Source: Octopus sinensis (lineage: Eukaryota). From it: a DNA stretch of 64,000 nt. The stretch is from assembly GCF_006345805.1 (NCBI RefSeq), contig NC_043008.1:53134001-53198000 (forward strand). The letters run 5' to 3'. Shown piece by piece: positions 14,031 to 24,100 of the stretch (position 1 is the first letter of the stretch; every line of letters begins with the position of its first letter). The notes under the pieces are model-generated. The model had not been told where the DNA came from and searched no databases. It saw nothing but the letters and a program-made list of their open reading frames with translations. Made by a program: the position numbers and the translations under genes.

Positions 14031-14469
14031 GAAGACGATGACAACAACAACAACAGTAACAAAGGCGACAACAACAACAATGATGATGATGATGATGATG
14101 ACGACAAATTAAATTTTTTTTTTATTTTTCTACATTACTTTCTAATATTCTGGTAGTTTCTTTCCACTTAAATATTAACGAAGCGTTACACTTATCTGGC
14201 CTGGAACAAAAAAGCAGCAGAAGAACTGTGCCAGACAAGAACAGCATTTGATTAGAAAGTGACCTGGAAACCTATCGGGCGATGATCAATAATTGATATG
14301 TTTACAATAGATCACTAACATGTATGGATATGAATAACATGTATTTATGTTAGAGCACTGACACCTATGTTTGTTTACATGTGGGGTTTTTTTAATGTAG
14401 ATTTAGACACACTAACGTATGGCTGATTAATTACCTATGTTTACAATAAACACTGAAGTGTTGTGATGT

Positions 14470-15380
14470 CGTGCAGGTTGTGTGGTATTGGTGGTGGTGG
14501 TGGTGGTGGTATTGGTGGTGGTGGCGGCGGTGGTTGCGGCAGTGGCGGTGGTGGTGGTAGTGGCCGTCGTCGTCGTCGTGGTAGTGGTGATGTTGGTGTT
14601 AGCTGTGGTGGTGTAGTGGTGGTGGTGGTGTTATTGTTGGTGGTGGTTGTGGCGGTGGTGCTGGTACTGTTGGTGGTTGGTAGCAGTGTCATTGTTGATG
14701 TTAGTGTTAGTGTTAGTAGTTGTGGTGGTGGTGGTGGTGGTGGTGGTGGTGGTTGGTAGGGGTGTCATTGTTGGTGGTCTTGCTAGTGGTGATGTTTGTG
14801 TTAGTGGTTGTAGTGGTGGTGGTAGTAGTGGTAGTAGTACTGATATCAGTGTTGGTGGTTGTGTTGGTGGTAGTGGTGGTGTTGATGTTGGTGGTTGTGG
14901 TAGTGTTGGTGTAGGTGTAGGTGGTTGTAGTGGTAATAGTAGCAGAGATAATAGTGATCGTGGTGGTGGTGGTGGCGGTGGTGGCGGTTGTTGTGGTGGT
15001 GGTGGTGGTGAGGGTGGTAGTGGTACTGATATTAATATTGATGGTCGTCGTGGTGGTAGTAGTGGTATTGGTGCTGGTGTTGATAGTTGTAGTAGTAGTA
15101 GTAGTGGTATAAGTGTTGGTGGTTGTAGTGGTGGTAGAGCTGTTGTTGTTGGTGATGGTGGTCATGGCTGCAGTGGTGGTAGCGTCGGTGATCATATGGT
15201 AGCAGTGTTGGTTATGGTGGCGGTAGTAGTGGTATTAGTGTTGGTGGTTGTGGTGGTGATGGTAGTGGTGTCAATGTTGGTAGTCATGGTGGTTGTCATG
15301 GTGTTGTTGGTGGTGGTGGTGGTGGGGATGTTGATGTTTGTGGTGGCAGTAGTGGTCGCCGTTGTCATCGTAGTAGTGGT
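14470..15380. repeat. About 900 bp degenerate (GGT)n/(AGT)n tract
   Basis: Directly visible; source of the poly-G/V/T ORFs. Confidence 0.95.
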
Positions 15381-15599
15381 AAGTGTGACTATGAATGTTT
15401 TAATGTCAATGGGTCTACTTAACAGACATCACATATATGTGTCAATAGTATATATGTTATACATGCATCTATAGTATATATGTTATAGTATACGTCAATA
15501 GTATATATGTATATAGTATACATGCGTCAATAGTATATAACAGCCAAAGTAAAAAAAATGATGATGGACAGAGTCACTGTATCAAATATTGTGAAGGAA

Positions 15600-16295
15600 A
15601 GGAAAAATAAGATAAACTGACGTTTCAGACAATGGTCCTTCATCAAGATAGGAAAAAAAAATTGGGAAAACAATGGAAGGTGAAAAGATGGTGTTTGTTT
15701 ATTGAGTGGTACACCATGCTGGAGTGACATGTGAGAATATATGGAGGTGAAGAACTTATTGTTAGCAGAGACAGAGAAGTGAAGGAAGTGAGCCTGAAAA
15801 GTAAGTATGATAAAGGGTAGGTTTGTGACAGGAGGTACGTGTGAAGTACATCTGTAGGGGAAGGCAAGGTAGAGTTGTAAGAGTTTGATGAGTGAGGCAA
15901 TATGCTAATGAGCGGTGTGTATAGGTGTGTGTTTATGTGTGAGTGCAGAATGCTATTGATTGTGGGAAAGGGTGAGGTTTGAAGTAAATGAAATTAATTA
16001 TGTATGAAGTGTGTCTATGTAGGTGGATATAAATTAAGTGAATTGTGTATTTGATTAGGTATGTAGGTGTGAATGTATGGGAGAGAATGTAGGTGAAATG
16101 TAAAATGTCTAGTGGAGATGTATGCGTGGTTTAGAAGAAAACAAGTCAATTGCTAAAGCCTGCAGGTGTAAGTGTGCTACAGAGGAAGATCATTTCCTGT
16201 TCACTTTGAAGACGGGAAATAAAGGTACCCATAGTGTTGTATGATCCTCAAAACAGTAAGATCTTAGTGGGTGTGGCCTGGAGAAAGGAAGTGGG
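15600..16295 (-). mobile_element. Penelope-like element 3' relic: GIY-YIG endonuclease C-terminus, 3' UTR and decayed HHR-like end
   Basis: Minus translation PGHTH*DLTVLRII...(frameshift) RLQSEQEMIFLCSTLTPAGFSN* (16146-16214) fits the PLE endonuclease end pattern R...EQ..IF...TL.P.G; TTGATGAAGGACCATTGTCTGAAACG at about 15620-15647. Confidence 0.7.
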
Positions 16296-16379
16296 GAGCC
16301 ATCAACAACAGTAGTTAGTCTAATATTGTTTCAAACATCACAACATCCCATTTTTCCTCCATTTTTTGACCTTTTCTTT

Positions 16380-16860
16380 TGCCCCTTCCCTGTTACCTCC
16401 TTTGTCTCAACGCAAGACATTGTCTATTAAGTGTCAGCCAATCAAAGGACACAATTCTGTTATGTGACGTTTATCACTCCCACATCGATTATTAAGTTTC
16501 CGTCGCCTTGTCCGAGGGGACACTTTATTGATTGTACTAGGTGATGTTAGATAAACATCGACTCATTCTTATGCATTTATTCTTTTCATCTTAGCACGCT
16601 TACTGTGGTACGAATGATTCATTTTGCATCACGGACATCTGAAGTTACAATTTGCCATTTTGCAATTCGGTTTGGAATGGTTGCAATGTTTTCTTCATTC
16701 TTTTACAAAATGATGACTTACCGTTCTTTCTCTTTCTCCATATTTTATACATTTAACACACTGATTCTGCACTTTACCAAATCTATTTATTTATCAATTT
16801 CCTTGTGTCGTCCGACCCGAATAATTTTTACCTGTACACTCTAGTAAAGTTAACAAGGGA
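16380..16860. promoter_or_regulatory. Candidate cis-regulatory island
   Basis: Unique sequence retaining many CpGs; AGCCAATCA (NF-Y consensus, 16436-16444) overlapping ATCAAAG (TCF/LEF, 16441-16447); TGACGT at 16465-16470. Confidence 0.4.
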
Positions 16861-17424
16861 CAACATGCTTGACTTAAACTAAATATTAGCAGTAGTGTAG
16901 TGGCTTTCATTCCTGGATTTGAATTCAGTATTTGTTAACTTGTTTCATGATCAAAGACTGAGTTGTTGTTGTGTTTGCTGCTGCTTCTTCTACGGCTGTT
17001 GTTGTTGTTGTTGTTTATTCTCCGTGTCAGCCCTGATTGACAAAACCTATGATCAAAAGCACTCTTTCCGTGAGCACCTTTTCAGGTATAGTCCATCTAA
17101 GACTACATGGCCCAATGTATTCTTTCTGTTTTAAGACATTAAAGAGGAGATCTGTACACAATTGTGGTAGGACATGAAAAAGACATGAAAAAGAGGATGG
17201 TCACGACAGGAATAACTTTGATCATAGATCTGCTTGATTGGGGTTCACCTGGGACTAAACAGCAAGAAGTTGCTAGAACTAGCAGCCAAATCTCCCCCAA
17301 ATCACACTTTACTGCTTTGAATTCAATAAAAGCACATTTTGGATAAGGTAGTTTTACATACTTTTAAAAAGGGTTACTCTTATTGATTTCAAATTTTTGG
17401 CACAAGGCCAGCAATTTTGGGGGA

Positions 17425-17508
17425 GACAGATAGTTAGATAGATAGATAGATAGATAGATAACAGATAGATAGACAGAAAGACAGACAAACAGACAGGCAG
17501 ATAGATAG

Positions 17509-17566
<58 letters not shown>

Positions 17567-17619
17567 CAGAAAGACAGACAAACAGACAGGCAGATAGATA
17601 GACAGAAAGACAGACAAAC

Positions 17620-17670
<51 letters not shown>

Positions 17671-17719
17671 GATAGATAGATAGATAGATAGATAGATACA
17701 TAGATAGATAGACAGGCAA

Positions 17720-17812
<93 letters not shown>

Positions 17813-17985
17813 CAGATAGATAGACAGACAGACAGATAGACAGACAGATAGGCAGGCAGGCAGGCAGGCAGGCAGGCAGATAGATAGACAGACAGACAGT
17901 CAGACAGATAGAAAGACAGACAGACAGACAGACAGTCAGATAGATAGATAGATAGAAAGACAGACAAACAGACAGATTGATACAC
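17425..17985. repeat. (GATA)n/(GACA)n/(GGCA)n compound tetranucleotide tract
   Basis: Directly visible. Confidence 0.95.
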
Positions 17986-18183
17986 AGACACTTTAATTCA
18001 CACTGTTCCAATCCACTCAGCTGATAAAAACGAGTGGTTCCTGTAATTCAACGGGTCAACCTTGTCACATTCTTTGTCATGCTGAATCTGCCTGGGAACT
18101 GCATTAAGAGGACACACATCTCTGGGGTACTCAACCACTTGCAAATTAATTTCTCAAGCAGGCTAATGAGTTGATTGAATCAA

Positions 18184-18580
18184 TCTTCAAAGCCACAGTT
18201 GAACCAATTCTACTATATGGCTCAGAAACCTGGACGTTATCAAAGAAGCTTGAGAGACGGTTGGATGGAACCTCCACTCGCCTCCTTATGAGAGCTCAAA
18301 ATCTCTCGTGGAAGTGTCATCCAACCAAAATGCAAATATATGGGAAACTACCACCTGTGTCATCTCTTGTGAAAGGTCAGAGAGTCCAGTTTGCTGGACA
18401 TTGTTGTAGAGCTGAAAACGAGGCAATTTCTACTCTTCTCCTCTGGAAGCCATCTACTCGCAATACCAAAGGGCACACGCTCTACTACCCTGATGTAATC
18501 TCCAGGGATACAGGCATCCAGCAACAGGACCTCCGTAATGGTAAATTCCATTGTCTCGACCACGGTCGAACAATGATGAC
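18184..18580 (+). mobile_element. 5'-truncated RTE-clade LINE (RT C-terminal region) with 8-bp TSD, inserted in a SINE
   Basis: FKATVEPILLYGSETWTLSKKLERRLDGTSTRLLMRAQNLSW...RVQFAGHCCRAENE...LLLWKP is typical RTE; short ATGATGA tail; TGAATCAA at 18176-18183 and 18581-18588; host SINE continues on both sides (about 18000-18183 and 18581-18620). Confidence 0.9.
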
Positions 18581-20419
18581 TGAATCAACTGGAACCCTCA
18601 TCGTCATAACCGACAGAGTACTGGTTATTTATTGTCTTACCCAATATTTCTAAAACGGGATCTCCAAAAGCAAAGAAATAAAGAAATAGTTTATACACCA
18701 TAAACTATAAACCTATATTAGGTAATACAATAAAAAATTTTGCCTGTCTTTATCAGGCAATCTTGATGGCCATAACTCTGACAGAGGTTTAAAAGCACCG
18801 AAATAACAACCATTTTAGGTGAGAAAGAGAATACCGAAGTCTGTCAAACAGCAATTATGGAGATGCTCTTTCTTTAATTCTTTGCTGACCTGAAAGAAAA
18901 TTCCACCATTTCTAAAACTTCTAAAGATTATGGCAAATATTTTATTTAATCTGATAATAGCAAAATGCTGCATTTAACAAGAACTCAACTTGGCAATATT
19001 TATTTTATGATTGAACTAAAGTTAAAAGGACATGCTTTTTGTTGCTAGTGTGGTATTGTATAATAGTGTCGTGGTGGGGTTGGGGAGGGGTAATGTTAGT
19101 GCAGTTTATGGAAATAATGGTTCTAATGTTGGCGAAATTCATGGCAAGTTGTAGGTTTTTACTTATTTTATTTATATATTGTTGTTTTTCAGTTTTGTTT
19201 TTTTTTTGAAATATGGAATAAAAATTAAATATCGCAACAAACAAATGGATTATATCTCCTGAGACTGCACTTTTCTAGATTCTGGAGGAAAATTTTAAAA
19301 TAAATAAATAAATTAATAAATAAATAAATAAATAAGAGGTCATGTGACCACTTTAGAATCGAATTATAGACATTAACCATTTGTTCTAGAATTTCATACC
19401 TTACTGTTTGTATAAGATGGATAGATAGATAGATAGATATATATAGAGAGAGAGAGAGAGAGAGTGAGAGAGAGAGAGAGAAGGATGGATGGATGGATAG
19501 ATAAATAGATAGATAGATAGACAGACAGATAGACAGACAGACTGACACATAAATAGAGAGATAGAGAGGTAGGTAGGTAGGTAGATAGGTAGGTAGATAT
19601 ATATATATAGAGAGAGAGAGACACACACAGATAGACAGACAAAACAGACAGACAGTAGATAGATAGATTTTAGGGTGACAGAGAGAGTGAGAAAGGGCGA
19701 GAGAGAGAGAGAGAGAAAGTCAGGCTGACAAAGTAGATGGCGCCATTTTCAGAAAACTACATTTGTTACCACTTTCATTAAAAAGAAAAATATTATGTTG
19801 CGATTTATAGAGGAAGAATGGTAATTTCTTCCTCTATAAATAACTGCATTTATTTTCCCCATTGTTTCTATTCCTTTGAGACTTGGAACAACACCACTTA
19901 AATTCTTTGCTTCAAAGAAAAAGAATATTCTCATTCTCCTCTCAACGGATGGGGGAAGAACTTCAGTCAGAGAGCAACGACAAGCAATGAGTAAAATTAT
20001 TGCATTTAAAGTAGAGTGTGAAAACTTTCCAGTGAATCTATTTAAAATATGAAACAATGTATTGTGGTTTGTTATTATATAAAAGTGTTTAGTGAAAGAG
20101 AAAATAAAGTAAACTTTGATGGGGATGCAGGCATTGTCATGAAGTCATGAAGTTTAGAAGTGTACTTCACAATGGCACTATTCTGGGTTCGTTCCTACAT
20201 TGTGTATTCTTGGGCAAGTGTCTTTAATAATAGCCTAGATTCAACCCATAGATTTTGTCTGGAACTGGGTGTACAAACACTAATGGATTGTGCTTATTAT
20301 AAGAGAGTAAATCTAATTTGTCTCCTTCTGGTTGGAAATGTCTTTGGTATATATTCAATGCTCAGTATGTTAGGGTTTATTAGCATGCCAGATGAAATGC
20401 TTAGTGATATTTCTCTTGA

Positions 20420-20660
20420 AGGTGGTGAGCTGGCAGAATCGGTAGCATGCCGGGCAAAATGCTTAGCGGTATTTCATCTGCTGTTACGTTCTGAGTTCAA
20501 ATTCCGCCAAGGTCGACTTTGCCTTTCATCCTTTCGAGGTCAATTAAATAAGTACAAGTTATGCACTGGGGTCGATATAATCAACTTAATCCGTTTGTCT
20601 GTCCTTGTTTGTCTTCTCTGTGTTTAGCCCCTTGTGGGTAATAAAGAAATAGGTATTTCA
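20420..20660 (+). mobile_element. SINE family C (tRNA head, Meta-domain-like core), with partial copies on both sides (about 20366-20820)
   Basis: GGTGAGCTGGCAGAATCGGTAG (A box), GAGTTCAAATTCC (B box), GCCTTTCATCCTTTCGAGGTCAATTAAATAAGTAC core. Superfamily name is from memory. Confidence 0.85.
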
Positions 20661-21232
20661 CCTGCTTTTATGTTCTGAGTTCAAATTCCACCAAGGCCGA
20701 CTTTGCTTTCCATCCTTTTGGGGTTGATAAATTAAGTACCAGTTACTCACTGGGGTCAATCTAATCGAATGCTCCCCTCCCAAAAAAGTTTGGGCTTTGT
20801 GCCTAGAGTAGAAAAGAGTAGGTTAGGGTTTATTAGATGTCTTTTGTGTGTATACAACGTTTCAATAACTAAGGGGCTTTCAACCAGATGTCTTTGGTAT
20901 ATGTGCATTGCATCAGTAAATTATGGATCCCCCCCAGACACACACCAGGTGTTATAGACATCAGGTGATGGGCCATAACATCAGGACAAGGCCCTTGGGT
21001 GTCATTAGGGGAGTCTAATTTACAGCAGGTATTCAGATTATCCTTCAATTAACAAGATCTTTCCCATTTTCTCCCCCTAGACTCTAAGACCCTGAAAAAG
21101 TGCTCTGGATCTTCCTTTCTTCATCTGACTAAACTATAAAAATAAAATAAATTAAGCAAACCTGATGGTATTGAGCATGTACTAAAGACATCTGGTGACC
21201 CCTAAATTACTAAAACTTTGTACATATATATA

Positions 21233-21402
21233 CTTATATTAAGGACATTACTATACATAAATGCCTCACGCTAGGCTGGACTTTTAAAGTAAAAACTACA
21301 ATAATAAGTAAATAATGATAATAATATTTATTATGGTAGTTTTGACTTTAAAAGTCCCTCCTAGCATGAGGCATTTATGTATAGTAATGCCCTTAATATA
21401 AG
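21233..21402. mobile_element. Fold-back MITE-like element with TA flanks
   Basis: 73-bp inverted arms 21227-21299 and 21336-21408 with about 6 mismatches; TA|CTTATATTAAGG...CCTTAATATAAG|TA. Confidence 0.75.
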
Positions 21403-21638
21403 TAAATATATTTAAGAGGAATAAATTGATGGATTTTTCCCTTATGAGGTTTTTCACGCTAACTACTTTATAAATTCTTATAAAAATTTTATCCTATTTT
21501 TCAATTATATATATATATATAATATATATATATATATACACAAAGAGCATCTGGTGATGAGACTAAAATTTCTGATGCATCGTAGATATCTCTAAGACAA
21601 CTGCTGATGAGCCCTAAATGCATAAATATATATATGTT

Positions 21639-21678
<40 letters not shown>

Positions 21679-21882
21679 TATATATATATTTAGGTAGTTG
21701 AATGAATTATCTTAGTATGGATAATTCGTTAACCGATACCTGGGTACCAAATTCATGTCAGAAAAACACGGTTGAAGCTACATGCCAAGGGCAGAGATCA
21801 CGTGCTTTCGTGTGGAAATTTGTGTGTTTTTTTAATACAAATAAATGAAAGAATGGAGTTGAACGACGATTTAACAAAATTA

Positions 21883-21975
21883 CTTTATTCTCGACATATG
21901 TTTCGAAGGCTGCATATTCCTAATTTCGAAGGAATAAGGGGTGCATTATGCCGTCTTCTCATCAGGAAAAACAAG
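21883..21975 (-). ncRNA. Minimal type I hammerhead ribozyme, canonical core, in a TA-flanked element (about 21690-22040)
   Basis: Minus: CUUGUUUUUC-CUGAUGA-GAAGACGGCAUA...UAUGCAGCCUUC-GAAAC-AUAU-GUC-GAGAAUAAAG. All core positions present, G10.1-C11.1, palindromic ACAUAUGU stem III, GUC triplet, 5-bp proximal stem I. Confidence 0.8.
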
Positions 21976-22038
21976 GAACTTATGTCAGCATCAAGATGAA
22001 CAAAAACTCTTAGATGACTGCCCACACGGAGTCCATAG

Positions 22039-22076
<38 letters not shown>

Positions 22077-22429
22077 CTAAGAGATCTCATGACAATGATG
22101 ATGATGATGACGACGATGATGTCAATGATGACAATGACAACAATGATGTTGTAAACAACAATAAACTATTGATGATGATGATGATGATGATGATGACAAT
22201 GTTGACAACAGCTTTCAAACATCGTTCAGATTGTTCTGCTTCCTATGTAGCTATTGGCATTGATGTTGTTGTTGCTGTTCTTGTTATTATTTTTTGTTGC
22301 TGTTGTAATTCTCAGATAGTTAAAGTAATTATATAAAAAGAAATTTCCTTCACTTAGCCGTCTATCAAAGACTTCTCTTAACTGAATTTAAATGTTATAC
22401 ATAGCTCATGATTGTGTATCATTCTTCTA

Positions 22430-22443
22430 CCAACAGATGGCGC
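22430..22443 (+). promoter_or_regulatory. CTCF-like motif
   Basis: CCAACAGATGGCGC differs at one position from CCASYAGRKGGCRS; lies in unique sequence. Confidence 0.4.
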
Positions 22444-22945
22444 TACCATCATTTATTACATTATTTCACTCGTTATAACTTCATTGAATTATGTCCCCTG
22501 GAAGGTAAAAAACAAGTAACGTCAAATCTCAGTTTTCTTTAGTACATCACTTTAACAGGAATTATAATCATTGCTAGTAACTAGAATATCAACCCACAAC
22601 CTACACAAAATAATACCCAAATCTCCCTCAAATGACATATTATACAGGTTGAAAGCAGAAAATGAAGGGACATTGGAACATCAATATCATCATCATCATC
22701 ATCATCATTGTTATTATCAACATTATCATCATTTTAACATACACTTTTCCATGCTCACATGAAATTCGTTGATGCAGATTTTCGACAGCTGAATGCCTTT
22801 CCTGTTGCCAATCCTCACCTGATTTCCAAGTAAGGTAATATTTGCCCGCAACTAGACAATGTCTTGGAAGATTGGAAATGAATGACAGCAACACTCACTT
22901 GCTACCATCATGCAATATCAAGGCAAGGAGACAGTAATACACATT

Positions 22946-22981
<36 letters not shown>

Positions 22982-23019
22982 TTCCAAAAAATTCGAGCAG
23001 CTTTTAATGCCATCATCAG

Positions 23020-23390
23020 CATCAGGCGTGCCTCCCAACCATATGGTTCAGTCCCACTGCGTGGAACCTTGGGCAAGTACTTTCAACTATAACCTTGGAC
23101 AAACTAAGGCATTGTGAGTGGATTTGGTACATAGAAACTGAAAGATGCCCATCAAATATATGTGTGTGTCTTTGTGTCTGTGTTTGTACCCCCATCATTG
23201 CTTGGTAACCCATGTTGGTCTGTTTACATTCCCATAACTTAGCAGTTTGGCAAAAGAGACTGATAGACTAGGTACAAGGCTTAGAAAGAATAAGTCCTTG
23301 GATCGATTTGTTCAACTAAAAAACTCCCTTTAAGGCAGTGCTCAAGCATGGCTTCAGTCAAATGACCAACACAACAAAAGAATAAAATAA
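23020..23390 (+). mobile_element. SINE family A, diverged
   Basis: GGTTCAGTCCCACTGCGTGGAACCTTGGGCAAGTAC...AGAATAAGTCC...GTGCTCAAGCATGGC. Confidence 0.8.
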
Positions 23391-23639
23391 TTCTTTAATG
23401 TTATCATTACCATCAACCCCTAGATAATATTACTGCCTCAACCCCCAAGGTGGCACGAGACCAGTTATCTGCTTACCAAGGCTTATAAGTAACTGAGATA
23501 ACAATACTCCCCCTGAACTTGGTGCCAGTCCTTTGTAGGGTTACTCACCTATAGCTGGATGGACCAGAGCAATGTGAAACAAAACATAATGCACGGCCTG
23601 GTCTGGGAATCGGAACCACAAGCTTAATTTCCACAGTAT

Positions 23640-23925
23640 ATAGATAGCAAGCTGTTAAGTGGCTGGCATTAGGAAGGGCGTCCAGATGCAGAAACCAGGC
23701 CCAATCAGGCCCAATTGGGATCTGGTGCAGCATTTAGGCTTGCCAGCTCTGATAAAAACCGTCTGACCCATGCAAGCAAGGAAAACAGATTTTAATGGAT
23801 GATGATGTTGATGATGATGACAATGTTGTTGATGATGATGAGGAGGAGGATAATGATGATGATAATGAGGAGGAGGAGGATAATGATGATGATGATGAGG
23901 AGGAGGAGGAGAAGGAGGATAATGA

Positions 23926-23956
<31 letters not shown>

Positions 23957-24100
23957 GTGGTGATAATGATGATGTGGATGATGACGATGATGACAATGAT
24001 GATGACGATGATAATGATGATGATGGTGATGATGACGATGACGATGATAATGATGATGGCGATGATGACAACAACAATGATGATGATGATGATGAAAATG
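23640..24100 (+). mobile_element. RTE 3' end (about 23640-23800) followed by about 300 bp (GAT)n tail tract
   Basis: GGCATTAGGAAGGGCGTCCAG...CCCATGCAAGCAAGGAAAACAGA then GAT triplets. Confidence 0.75.

Noticed and set aside
17425-17985. Regular repeat array resembling CRISPR or telomeric arrays
   Set aside because: Simple GATA/GACA tract with no unique spacers; eukaryotic context; no TTAGGG arrays seen.
18778-18820. CTGACAGAGGT...ACCGAAATAAC hammerhead-like string
   Set aside because: Core has an extra base, no U16.1 and no stem I.
19795-22504. Joining ATG...GAATG|GTAATT (19795-19820) to the 22437 exon
   Set aside because: The junction creates TGA.
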